DNA of 64,000 bases from Cyanophyceae cyanobacterium (GTDB lineage Bacteria > Cyanobacteriota > Cyanobacteriia > Cyanobacteriales > Laspinemataceae): assembly GCA_038321985.1 (NCBI GenBank), contig JBBQFN010000022.1, positions 22,441 to 86,440 of the forward strand, read 5' to 3'. The position numbers were made by a program, and so were the translations under genes. Positions 42,181-52,054 of this stretch are shown piece after piece (the first letter of the stretch is position 1; each line of letters opens with the position of its first letter). Below the pieces are notes generated by a model. That model was not told where the DNA came from, did no database searches, and saw only the letters and a program-made list of their open reading frames with translations.

Positions 42181-42444
42181 ACTGATTACCCTTAAAATCT
42201 CAGTTCCTCCTTCAATTGAACGATAAAAAATTAGGTAATCATCAATGGGAAAACTCCGCAACCCCTCCCGAAGTTCATCACGCCGACGCCCCATATTTGG
42301 AAAAGTTGCTAAGTTCTTACACTTTTGATTGATTTTGTTCAGGAAACGTTCTGCCGCATCAAAACTACTCTGGTCAGCAATCAAATCGATAATGGCTTCC
42401 ATATCTCGGATTGCGGGAGATGTAAAACGACAAATATTAGTCAT
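42010..42444 (-). CDS. ParE/RelE toxin with a foreign C-terminal extension
   Basis: A.RD.E.I, LATFPNMGRRRDEL..GLRSFP..YLIFYR..ILRV then unrelated sequence. Confidence 0.8.
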   Translation of the reverse strand: MTNICRFTSPAIRDMEAIIDLIADQSSFDAAERFLNKINQKCKNLATFPNMGRRRDELREGLRSFPIDDYLIFYRSIEGGTEILRVISNEIGGVSLEELQRMSPKWSDVAQELHRKCVEHRGGVPLKDFANYIVEVGLIDGTSY

Positions 42445-42710
42445 AAACTATCTTGATTGCGGCGTTGTTGTAGCTTCTGTTGCAGTTGAGAAAAAACGGT
42501 TTCCCCATCCACAACCTCACCCAGTTCTGAAGCAGAAACGCCCAGCATTATTTCTCGTTTTAATTCCTCAAACCGCCCTTGATAAATGCGTTCTCGTTCT
42601 TCTAGCAGCCTAATCCCTGCTACGATTACATCTTCAGCAGAAGGATACTTCCCGCTTTCTACCTGACTTTCAATAAATTTCTCAAGTTCTGAACTTAACG
42701 AGATATTCAT
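42441..42710 (-). CDS. ParD-like ribbon-helix-helix antitoxin
   Basis: MNISL..ELEKFIESQVESGKY.S..VI..GIRLLEE. Confidence 0.87.
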   Translation of the reverse strand: MNISLSSELEKFIESQVESGKYPSAEDVIVAGIRLLEERERIYQGRFEELKREIMLGVSASELGEVVDGETVFSQLQQKLQQRRNQDSL

Positions 42711-42724
42711 TTATAATCTCAGTT

Positions 42725-42890
42725 TTAATCCGGTTGAATACAGGCTTGATGTTCTGGGGATTGCAATGCCGCTTCTAGGGTTTCTAAAACCGCAGCGGGG
42801 TTATTTTGCAACAGTTGCGATCGATTTATCCATAAACCTGGAAACACGCAACTGCACAGAATTCCCTCCTCATTCGGGGAGAGCGATTTT
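42725..42890 (-). pseudogene. Uma2-family C-terminal remnant
   Basis: PNEEGILCSCVFPGLWI...LETLEAALQSPEHQ. Confidence 0.65.
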
Positions 42891-43085
42891 CAACGGCTGG
42901 CGGCAGTCAAAAGTAAGTCAGTTCCACTAGATATCGCAAATTTCAGGGGGATAATTAATGTCAAATCCACCCTCCCGGTATCGCAACAGATTCGGTGGAT
43001 AGCCGGCACAACCTGTTAACGGCCCCTCTAGGGGTTCGTCGGTGAGGAAGGTAATTTGTGCTTAGACTTTGAACTCTGTTGATTT

Positions 43086-43316
43086 TCAGGTTTTAACTAG
43101 ATGTGGTTGGCCGAGTTCCAGGGAGATGCCACTAATGCGATCGTCTCCAGGGCGATAGGATAATACTTCGATGCCAATGGGTTCATTGGTATCTCCATCT
43201 TTGAAAAGGATAATATCATTCCCCAGTTCCGTAGCCATTTGGTTAGGTCGGGGAGATTGCCAAAAAATGGTTAACAGTTCGGTTTCGGGTTCGTAAAATA
43301 CTTTTATTTGGGCCAT
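43086..43316 (-). CDS. DUF2283-like putative antitoxin
   Basis: KVFYEPETELLTI, DIILFKD...PIGIEVL; start at ATG 43316 overlapping the upstream gene. Confidence 0.75.
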   Translation of the reverse strand: MAQIKVFYEPETELLTIFWQSPRPNQMATELGNDIILFKDGDTNEPIGIEVLSYRPGDDRISGISLELGQPHLVKT

Positions 43317-43618
43317 AATTTTTCTCCTGTTTTGATTGCTTCGGTTTGGTAAGCTGTAATTAAGTAACCCTCTCCATTTAAACGCCGAGCAACAGCAACC
43401 AGCCACCTTTTTACTTTGAGGGTGCGATAAAATAGCAAGACATTAATATCTCGCTGACTTTGGTAAATGGCATCGGGTTGATTAAGGGTTTGCTGAATTT
43501 CAGTTTCATAATTGGTAATATCGGGATGTTTGAGAAGCAATGTTTGCCAGTAGTTTTCGGTGGTGCGGACTGTGAACCCTAGGGGAGTAGAAACAATAAA
43601 TTTAACAATTGATTCCAT
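43304..43618 (-). CDS. putative toxin partner (DUF4258/RelE-like)
   Basis: TPLGFTVR...W...KHP, PDAIYQS..D..V.LFY, GYLITAY. Confidence 0.7.
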   Translation of the reverse strand: MESIVKFIVSTPLGFTVRTTENYWQTLLLKHPDITNYETEIQQTLNQPDAIYQSQRDINVLLFYRTLKVKRWLVAVARRLNGEGYLITAYQTEAIKTGEKLWPK

Positions 43619-44495
43619 GTTTTAGCTGAAGGCTAGGGTTTGCTGATATTGTAGCGAATTTGGGGATTTGGGGTGAGGGTTCAGAAACCCTGTTTCTTGG
43701 CTGCTCACATCTCCTTTAACTCGGTTTCAATGGCAGATATCAGATTCGGTTGATTGGGGGAAAGCCATTTAATGGCCCTTCTAGGGTTTCGTCGGTGAGA
43801 AAGGCAATGGCTTAGAAAATGTTAAGAAATATGTGATTAACGTATAGGTGGTGAACAAGGGGGTTCAAACGATTGGCAGCCTCATAGCTTAAGGCGGTTA
43901 AAATCGACTGCAAGCCTTTCAGGGAGAGAATTGTAACTATAAGGCGGGGTTTTGACGGATCCTTTGGCGGTGTCCGTCGGTGATTGATAAGTTATATTCA
44001 TATTACTACGGACTAACTATTCACTGATTCAAACCTTGCCCAGTTTTTGACCTAAATTCAATCGCTGCATCAGCAACGAATTGGCAAGGGTTTCGGACAT
44101 TTTTTGACAATCTGACCAATTATGATAAAGTGTATTCTTAGTGGAGCAGTTTAGCTTGTTTTTTAAATTGCTGGATTTTGCCACAACTTTTCGCCGCCAA
44201 TCCTTATGCTACCGTTGTCGGTGGGGCCTGAATGGGGGTGCGATCGCCTCCAATATCTCCTCATCTGTCACAAATTTTTTTTAGCACCAAAACACTGTAT
44301 CTTGACAAATCAGCTATCTTGTGTATTGTAACCGGCAGGTAAGTTAGGAGTTGCTGGGATTTTAGGGATAGGGGGAATCACCGATCGCTGCTGGGTATCT
44401 GATAAGATTAAAAAGGCAATCCCTCTCTATATAATGATGTGACTGCCTGTTACTAACCTTGTCAGTGGATTGTCAGGACTTGAACTCACCCAGCT

Positions 44496-45275
44496 ATGCC
44501 CATCACTCCTCAACAATTAATCGAAAGAAAACAACAAGGAATTGCGATCGTTGCGCTGACGGCTTATGATTATGTCTCGGCGAAATTGCTCGATCGCGCT
44601 GGGGTGGATTTGCTGTTAGTTGGCGATTCGTTAGGGATGGTGGTGTTGGGATATGAAACCACTCTGCCGTTAACGTTAGATGAAATGATTCATCATGCGA
44701 AAGCGGTGCGACGCGGGGTGGAAAAGGCTTTGATGGTGGTGGATTTACCGTTTTTAACTTATCAAGAAAGTTTCCAACAGGCGATGCATTCGGCAGGAAG
44801 AATTTTGAAGGAAACCGGTGCTCAGGCGGTGAAGTTGGAGGGGGGTTATCCGGAAATTGCCGAAACGGTGCGGCGATTGGTGTTGGCAGGAATTCCGGTG
44901 TTAGGTCATGTGGGGTTAACGCCGCAATCGGTGCATCAGTTAGGTTATCGGAAGCAGGGGAAAACTCCGGAAACGGGCGATCGCATTTTGAAAGAGGCAG
45001 TCGCTTTGCAGGAAGCGGGTGCATTTGCGGTGGTTTTGGAGCATATTCCCAGTAAATTAGCAGCAGAAATTTCCAAACAGTTGGTGATTCCTACCATTGG
45101 CATTGGTGCCGGGGTACACTGCGATGGACAGGTGTTAGTAACTCATGATTTGTTGGGTTTGACTGAGCGAGTACCGCCTTTTGCAAAACGCTACGCCAAT
45201 TTGCAGGAGACGATTACTCAGGCGGTGCAGGCTTATGGGGAAGAGGTTCGCGATCGCCGTTTTCCCCCTGCCTAG
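44496..45275 (+). CDS. panB: 3-methyl-2-oxobutanoate hydroxymethyltransferase
   Basis: [46 protein letters not shown]. Confidence 0.97.
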   Translation: MPITPQQLIERKQQGIAIVALTAYDYVSAKLLDRAGVDLLLVGDSLGMVVLGYETTLPLTLDEMIHHAKAVRRGVEKALMVVDLPFLTYQESFQQAMHSAGRILKETGAQAVKLEGGYPEIAETVRRLVLAGIPVLGHVGLTPQSVHQLGYRKQGKTPETGDRILKEAVALQEAGAFAVVLEHIPSKLAAEISKQLVIPTIGIGAGVHCDGQVLVTHDLLGLTERVPPFAKRYANLQETITQAVQAYGEEVRDRRFPPA

Positions 45276-45322
45276 AAAATATTACAGATTAACAAACGAG
45301 GATTGCCTGGAAGGGTCGGGAT

Positions 45323-46903
45323 TTAACTGCCACCACTGCCTAGAACGAACAGACTAAAGAGTGTGCCGCTGTTCCAAAGACTGTGGAGGAGGATGGAGGA
45401 GAGGAGATTGCGCGATCGCGTATAGACGAATCCCAAGACCATTCCCAAGGTTGCCAATGGCAGGACTTCGGAGAGGTTGAGATGCGCTAAGGCAAATAAT
45501 AAACTGCTGAGGACGATCGCGTTGGTAACGGAGACGTAGCGAGTTAGGGAGGGTAGGAGAAATCCGCGAAACATGATTTCTTCAAAAATAGGTGCTGCCA
45601 CAGAAGCGGTGATGAAAAAGATAGTCAACGCTACGGTATCTCGGTTTTCTAAGGCGATGGATAAAATGGGGTTACTGCCGCCGCGTCCCTGCCAGAATTG
45701 TTGGTTAATGATGGAGATGAGAATGACTAAAGGTAAGGCAACGAAATAACCGCCGAATCCCCAAGAAATCCAGCTTGCTTGTAAGACATTAAAGCGAAAC
45801 CAGTCTTTAGCAAGAGGGAGAAAGGACCGGATGGAAAAGAAGAGGACTAATAATCCGCCAATGGCGATCGCCACATAAGTTGCCAAGATATAAAAGGCAC
45901 GACTGCGAACATCTAAGATAGAAGATTGTACGCCGAAGAGTTGAACGACGATGGGGACTAAAACTTGTCCGAGGAAGAAAAATCCGACGATGAAAACTTG
46001 CCAGATGGTTTCCCAATCCCAAGGGGTTTCCCAGTTGCGATCGCCATTTTGAACCAAGAGGGAATCTTTGCGTTTAAGAAACCATTGAATCCCCAGAAAG
46101 ATGAGTAAACCGACTCCAACAACAAATCCAAAGGCGGGAATGCCGGTAACTGTTGCCAACTTCCCTAAAGATTCTGCTGCCATCTCTTGTTCTTCGAGAG
46201 TGAGGCGAGTTAAGGCTTCCTCTTGTCCGTGGATTTGATACAGTTGTCGGAAGGCTTGATAACGAAACCATCCGTCTAAATTTTGAGTGAGTAGTTCTTC
46301 GGAATTAGCGGGGAGTGTGGGGGAATCTTGCCAGAGGTTTAATAATAAATCTGCGGTATTATCGGTAGGTTGGAGGTGAGGAGTAGAACGTTCAGTTAAG
46401 GGAGTCCAAGTTTCGATAGCTTGATCTAAATTACCTTGACTGGCTTTTAAAATACCAAGTCTTAACAGGAGTTCATCCCGGAGAGTTTCTTGATTAGAAA
46501 TTTGCTCTTGGATTTTTAGGTTGGCAAGTTCAGGAGGATTGATGCCTTCAATCAGTGGCGGATCCGAAGATTCATCCGGCGGAAGGATGCCAGGGGAGGA
46601 AAGGCGACTGCGTTGGCTGGCGATCGCTTCTTCCGTGGAGGCGACTGCCTCTTGATACTGTTTCAGCGCTGCTTCTAACGGTTCTTCCCCCGCCAAAGCC
46701 TGCACAATTTGCAGTGCCGGATCATTGGCAGACTCGCCTTGATACTCTGCCACATGAAGCAGTAGATTCGTTTGATAGAGTTCCAGACGGCTTTGAACCT
46801 GGGGTTGATTGAAACTTTGCACTAAAGAGGTTCCCACCAGGAAAACTGCCAGCAGGGTTAGTGCGGTTAAAACCCCTCGTTTGATTAGCTTGATTGCATC
46901 CAT
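45323..46903 (-). CDS. CPBP (CAAX/Abi) intramembrane metalloprotease
   Basis: APIFEEIMFRG, FALAH, LLHSLWN. Confidence 0.9.
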   Translation of the reverse strand: MDAIKLIKRGVLTALTLLAVFLVGTSLVQSFNQPQVQSRLELYQTNLLLHVAEYQGESANDPALQIVQALAGEEPLEAALKQYQEAVASTEEAIASQRSRLSSPGILPPDESSDPPLIEGINPPELANLKIQEQISNQETLRDELLLRLGILKASQGNLDQAIETWTPLTERSTPHLQPTDNTADLLLNLWQDSPTLPANSEELLTQNLDGWFRYQAFRQLYQIHGQEEALTRLTLEEQEMAAESLGKLATVTGIPAFGFVVGVGLLIFLGIQWFLKRKDSLLVQNGDRNWETPWDWETIWQVFIVGFFFLGQVLVPIVVQLFGVQSSILDVRSRAFYILATYVAIAIGGLLVLFFSIRSFLPLAKDWFRFNVLQASWISWGFGGYFVALPLVILISIINQQFWQGRGGSNPILSIALENRDTVALTIFFITASVAAPIFEEIMFRGFLLPSLTRYVSVTNAIVLSSLLFALAHLNLSEVLPLATLGMVLGFVYTRSRNLLSSILLHSLWNSGTLFSLFVLGSGGS

Positions 46904-47355
46904 TGTCTGTTTTTGCTTCCTCTGAATCCGGTAGATAGTATTATAATTCGACAGCCACTGTGTTGTCAGTTTACCTTGGATTTGGGGTCTAAACGTCTGG
47001 CTATCTGGAAAAGTGATAAAAATTAAATCAATTTAGAGAAGAATTGGAATTAATTTAATGTCTAAATATCCGCTTATTTGAGTTAAATTTATCTTTAAAA
47101 AATATTAGATTTTGAAATAGCTAAAGGTTTAATTGTGAGAGATTAAAGCTAAGTTAGAACATAAAATTATTGCCTAATTCTGAAAGAAATGCCGCCAACA
47201 GCCCTGAATCAGGGGTCTGGTTGAGAGGGAGGGAATAGACATCAACTTGGGAATAAAATTGCGATCGCCCGGTTTAACTGGATACCAAGAAGCGGTAAAA
47301 TGCGATCGATTCTGCCCCTGCGCTTCACTCGCCTTGGGAGTCTGCACCATTTCTG

Positions 47356-48729
47356 TTGGAGGATAGAACCCTGACTACTCGCGTAATTATTGTCCGTCAC
47401 GGTCAAAGCACGTTTAACAAAGAACGGCGAATCCAAGGTTGCCTTGATAAATCCGTCCTCACCGAAAAGGGTCGCGAGACGGCGAGTCAAGTTGCGGCAG
47501 CCCTCAGCGGCATTTCCTTTGATGCCGTCTACTGTAGTCCCCTGAAACGGGCGAAAGAAACAGCCGAAGCGATCGTTGCTGATTTGGCGGGAGACTCCAA
47601 ACCCCCTGCACCCCAAGCCAGCGATAAACTCATGGAAGTGGACTTGCGGTTGTGGGAAGGGATGCTCAGAGAAGAAGTCCAGCAGAAGTTTACAGAAGAT
47701 TACCGCTGTTGGCAAGAAAGACCCCATGAATTTTCGATGAATGTTCCTGGAGAAACCGGAACTGTGGAACATTTTCCCGTTTTAGCACTGCATGAACAGG
47801 CGAAACAATTCTGGGATGAAGTCTTATCTCGCCATCCGAACCACACGATTTTAGTCGTGGGTCATAATGGAATTAATCGCTGTTTGTTGAGTACCGCTTT
47901 GGGAATTTCTCCAGCGCGATATCATTCGATTCAACAATCAAATTGTGGGATTAGTATCCTAAATTTCTCAACACCGAGACCCCCATTAAAAGGAAAACTC
48001 CCCGTCCAACTGGAATCCATGAATTTAACCAGTCATGTTGGGGAAAAATTGCCTAAACCTAGACCTGGACATATTGGACCCCGACTATTATTAGTCCGGC
48101 ATGGGGAAACTGAGTGGAACCGGCAACAACGTTTCCAGGGACAAATAGATGTTCCGTTAAATGACAATGGGAGAGAACAGTCTAAATGTGCCGCTGACTA
48201 CTTGCAAGATGTGCAAATCGATTTTGCCATCAGTAGTTCCATGTTGCGTCCTAAAGAAACCGCTGAAATCATCTTACAAAATCATCCTGGCGTTGAATTA
48301 AAAGTGGATGATTTGTTGCGAGAAATCAGTCATGGACTCTGGGAAGGAAAGTTTGAATCAGAAATCGAAAACGACTTTCCCGGAATGTTAGACCAATGGA
48401 AAGATACCCCCGAATTGGTGCAAATGCCAGAAGGGGAAAATTTGCAACAGGTGTGGGAACGGAGTATTCAGGCATGGGATGCGATCGTTAAATCCGCTAA
48501 ACCGGGAACAACGGGATTAGTCGTTGCTCATGATGCGATTAATAAAGCGCTATTATGTCATTTCTTTGGTCTGGGTCCTGAGCATTTTTGGAACTTCAAA
48601 CAAGGGAATGGTGCAATTACGGTGATTGACTACACCCAAGGACCGGATCACCCGCCGGTATTAGAAGCGATTAACATTACGACGCACTTTGGGGGAATTT
48701 TGGACAAGACAGCGGCAGGTGCATTGTAA
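47356..48729 (+). CDS. two-domain histidine phosphatase (phosphoglycerate mutase family)
   Basis: Two RHG motifs (IVRHGQS, LVRHGET). Confidence 0.92.
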   Translation: MEDRTLTTRVIIVRHGQSTFNKERRIQGCLDKSVLTEKGRETASQVAAALSGISFDAVYCSPLKRAKETAEAIVADLAGDSKPPAPQASDKLMEVDLRLWEGMLREEVQQKFTEDYRCWQERPHEFSMNVPGETGTVEHFPVLALHEQAKQFWDEVLSRHPNHTILVVGHNGINRCLLSTALGISPARYHSIQQSNCGISILNFSTPRPPLKGKLPVQLESMNLTSHVGEKLPKPRPGHIGPRLLLVRHGETEWNRQQRFQGQIDVPLNDNGREQSKCAADYLQDVQIDFAISSSMLRPKETAEIILQNHPGVELKVDDLLREISHGLWEGKFESEIENDFPGMLDQWKDTPELVQMPEGENLQQVWERSIQAWDAIVKSAKPGTTGLVVAHDAINKALLCHFFGLGPEHFWNFKQGNGAITVIDYTQGPDHPPVLEAINITTHFGGILDKTAAGAL

Positions 48730-48750
48730 TTTTAGAACAGGGTTTAAAAG

Positions 48751-48991
48751 CCCTCCCCTTGGCAAGGGGAGGGTTGGGTGGGGTTCTTCCCCAGGGATGA
48801 GAAATTAAGAATTTGAAGGGTTGAATCCATTGTGGGGTCAGGGATTACGTTTTTTCTGGATTGTATCGGGGAGGACCCCACCCTAACCCTCCCCTTGCCA
48901 AGGGGAGGGGACCGGAATGCAAGATATGTAACGGTTGGTACCGGGGAGGACCCCACCCTAACCCTCCCCTTGGTAAGGGGAGGGGACCGGA
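48751..48991. repeat. three copies of a palindromic CCCTCCCCTT-N3-AAGGGGAGGG dispersed repeat
   Basis: One inverted copy at 48751-48784; two ~50-bp direct copies starting at 48867 and 48942. Confidence 0.8.
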
Positions 48992-49030
48992 CGGAATTAA
49001 GAAGGAAAGATTGATAGTGTTTGCTGTTGA

Positions 49031-50347
49031 GTGTTGACTGTGAATGAACTGCTGCAACAAGTTCGGATAATTGACCCGGTTTCGGGAGAGGATACGATCG
49101 CCGATGTCTGGATTGCCAATGGTGCGATCGCGCAAATAGCGCCAGAAATTGCCGACTGGGGTAGTGATACTCCAGTGCGGAATTGCCAGGGATTAATCTT
49201 AGGTCCCGGTTTAGTGGATCTGTATAGTCACAGTGGTGATCCAGGATTTGAGGAACGCGAAACCCTGACTTCATTGATGCATTCAGCACGTTCTGGAGGC
49301 TTTACTCAGGTAGCCATTTTGCCAGATACTCATCCACCTGTGGATAATCCTGGGGGGTTAGCATTCCTGCATCAAAAAGTCCAAGGGATTAAAACCCTAA
49401 ATGAATTGTTGCCTCCCCCAACTCCTTGCCTGCCAAATCTGCATTTTTGGGGTGCCTTAACCTTGGGGGTGAAGGCAGAACAAATGACAGAATTAGCCGA
49501 ATTAGGGTCTTCTGGAGTAGTAGGATTTGCTGATGGTCAACCCATAGCTGATTTAGCACTGCTAAGGCGGATTTTGGAATATTTGCAACCCTTGGGTAAA
49601 CCTGTGGCACTCTGGCCTTGTAGTCGTAAATTAGCAGGAGATGGGGTACTCCGGGAAGGGACAGCCTCGATTCGCTTGGGATTACCAGGAAATCCGGCGA
49701 TCGCAGAAACATCGGCATTAGCAGCATTGCTGGAAGTCGTTGCAGCAACAGGAACCCCGGTTCATATCATGCGAGTATCTACCCAGCGAGGAGTGCAACT
49801 GATTGAATCTGCCAAGGCGCAAGGATTACCCATCACTGCCAGTACCTCCTGGATGCACCTGCTGGTGAATGCCGCACAGATTAACGATCCTGCTATTTTT
49901 ACTCCCTACTGTCCCAGTCTGCACCTAGAACCGCCTATTGGGAATCCCCAGGACCAACAGGCATTGATTGCGGGAGTCAAATCCGGGGTCATCAATGCGA
50001 TCGCCATTGATCATACCCCTTACACCTACGAAGAAAAAACCGTCGCCTTTGCCGAATCTCCTCCTGGTGCGATCGGGCTCGAATTGGCACTCCCGTTACT
50101 GTGGGAACATCTGGTGACGACTCAAAAGTTATCCCCGGTGGAATTATGGCGCGCTTTGAGTAGCAATCCTGCCAAATGCCTGCAACAAACCCCAGCGGCG
50201 ATTGCACCGGGTACAGCAGCAGACTTAACTTTATTTGACCCTCTACAGTCTTGGCGGGTTACGGGAGAGAGTCTGAAATCCCTGTCCCGTAACACCCCTT
50301 GGTTAGAACAAGAGATTAAAGGACGGGTGGTGAAGATTTGGTGTTAG
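49031..50347 (+). CDS. pyrC: dihydroorotase or dihydroorotase-like protein
   Basis: PGLVDLYSH..PG.E.RET, GGFT, IAIDHTP, PGAIGLE, S.NTP. Confidence 0.85.
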   Translation: MLTVNELLQQVRIIDPVSGEDTIADVWIANGAIAQIAPEIADWGSDTPVRNCQGLILGPGLVDLYSHSGDPGFEERETLTSLMHSARSGGFTQVAILPDTHPPVDNPGGLAFLHQKVQGIKTLNELLPPPTPCLPNLHFWGALTLGVKAEQMTELAELGSSGVVGFADGQPIADLALLRRILEYLQPLGKPVALWPCSRKLAGDGVLREGTASIRLGLPGNPAIAETSALAALLEVVAATGTPVHIMRVSTQRGVQLIESAKAQGLPITASTSWMHLLVNAAQINDPAIFTPYCPSLHLEPPIGNPQDQQALIAGVKSGVINAIAIDHTPYTYEEKTVAFAESPPGAIGLELALPLLWEHLVTTQKLSPVELWRALSSNPAKCLQQTPAAIAPGTAADLTLFDPLQSWRVTGESLKSLSRNTPWLEQEIKGRVVKIWC

Positions 50348-50472
50348 AGATGGGAGAGAAACGACAGTAAGTCCTTACTACAAACTTCTCCATCCTCCCC
50401 AAAATCTTGCTTCATATCCCCCCACCATTTAAGAATGAGAACAATCAACAACGCGCATCAGGAGAAATTTCA

Positions 50473-51903
50473 GTGAGTCAAGAATTTGATTACGATTTAG
50501 TGATTATTGGCGCAGGAGTGGGGGGACATGGTGCCGCCTTACACGCTGTGAAATGTGGCTTAAAAACGGCGATCGTTGAAGCAGGGGATATGGGAGGCAC
50601 TTGCATCAATCGTGGCTGTATTCCCTCAAAAGCCCTGCTTGCCGCCTCTGGACGAGTGCGAGAGTTGCGGGATGCTCATCATTTGAAAACCCTCGGCATT
50701 CAATTAGAGGGTATCTCTTTTGATCGCGAAACTATCGCCAATCATGCTGATAATACCGTATCTAAATTGCGCGGCGAATTGGTCAATAGTCTCAAACGCC
50801 TGAATGTTGATGTCATTCAAGGTTGGGGAAAACTGGCAGGAAGTCAAAAAGTTGTCGTAGAAACTCCTAGCGGCGAAAAGACAATTACGGCTAAAGATAT
50901 TATGTTAGCACCCGGTTCCGTGCCTTGGGTTCCTCCTGGGATTGAAGTCGATGGCAAAACGGTTTTTACCAGTGATCATGCCATCAAATTAGACTGGTTA
51001 CCCCAATGGATTGCCATCATTGGCAGTGGTTATATCGGGTTAGAATTTGCCGATATTTACACCGCCTTGGGTTCTGAAGTCACCATGATTGAAGCGTTGG
51101 ATAGACTGATGCCAACCTTTGATCCGGATATTGCCAAACAAGCGCAACGCGTGTTAATTGCACCCCGGGACATTGAAACTCGCGTGGGAGTCTTAGCGGC
51201 AAAAGTCACCCCCGGTTCTCCGGTAGTGATTGAATTAATGGACCCCAAAACTAAGGAAGTTGTAGAAGTTTTAGAAGTGGATGCGTGTTTAGTGGCAACG
51301 GGACGAATTCCTGCTACGAAGAACTTAGGATTAGAATCCGTGGGTGCCGAAACCGATCGCCGAGGTTTCCTACCTGTGAATGATGCCATGCAATTGTTAG
51401 CGGGTGGTGAACCCGTTCCTCATGTATGGGCGATCGGTGATGCAATGGGTAAAATGATGTTGGCACACGCTGCTTCTGCACAAGGGGTTGCTGTGATTGA
51501 AAATATTTGTGGACGTCCACGAACAATAGATTATCGGAGTATTCCTGCTGCTGCCTTTACCCATCCCGAAATGAGTTTTGTGGGATTAACCGAACCCGCC
51601 GCACAAGAATTAGGCAAAGAAGAGGGATTTGAAGTTGCCGCAGTGCGAACCTATTTCAAAGGCAATTCCAAGGCGATCGCCGAGGGAGAAACCGATGGAA
51701 TTGCTAAAGTTATCTACCGCAAAGATACCGGAGAAATTCTCGGCGTCCATATTTTTGGCTATCATGCCGCTGACTTAATTCAAGAAGCTGCCAATGCGAT
51801 CGCCAATCGTGAATCCGTCAATGAATTAGCCTTTAGCGTTCATACTCACCCCACCTTGTCGGAAGTGTTGGATGAAGCCTATAAACGCGCTGCTACCGTG
51901 TAA
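50473..51903 (+). CDS. lpdA: dihydrolipoyl dehydrogenase
   Basis: [35 protein letters not shown]; start chosen at GTG 50473. Confidence 0.96.
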   Translation: MSQEFDYDLVIIGAGVGGHGAALHAVKCGLKTAIVEAGDMGGTCINRGCIPSKALLAASGRVRELRDAHHLKTLGIQLEGISFDRETIANHADNTVSKLRGELVNSLKRLNVDVIQGWGKLAGSQKVVVETPSGEKTITAKDIMLAPGSVPWVPPGIEVDGKTVFTSDHAIKLDWLPQWIAIIGSGYIGLEFADIYTALGSEVTMIEALDRLMPTFDPDIAKQAQRVLIAPRDIETRVGVLAAKVTPGSPVVIELMDPKTKEVVEVLEVDACLVATGRIPATKNLGLESVGAETDRRGFLPVNDAMQLLAGGEPVPHVWAIGDAMGKMMLAHAASAQGVAVIENICGRPRTIDYRSIPAAAFTHPEMSFVGLTEPAAQELGKEEGFEVAAVRTYFKGNSKAIAEGETDGIAKVIYRKDTGEILGVHIFGYHAADLIQEAANAIANRESVNELAFSVHTHPTLSEVLDEAYKRAATV

Positions 51904-51936
51904 CTCTTCACCCTAACCGCGACAACTACTCAAGAA

Positions 51937-51960
51937 AAAGCCCGCACTGGTGCGGGCTTT
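51937..51960. terminator. intrinsic terminator after lpdA
   Basis: AAAGCCCGCAC / GTGCGGGCTTT. Confidence 0.7.
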
Positions 51961-52054
51961 ATGTTATTTTAGAAATGAATAAAAATGAACAGTTTATCGA
52001 CTAAATAAACTGTCATTAAAAACGAACAGCTCATCACCTAAATAAACTGTCACT

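Noticed and set aside
43810..44495. Integron integrase, attI or ncRNA upstream of the island
   Set aside because: No ORF of suitable size and no recognisable RNA motif; only weak TTGACA promoter-like matches with 16-bp spacing
48867..48991. Possible mini CRISPR array
   Set aside because: Only two ~50-bp direct copies, a third copy is inverted, no cas genes; matches a dispersed palindromic repeat
48744..49289. 181-aa minus-strand ORF
   Set aside because: Built from the palindromic repeats and antisense to pyrC
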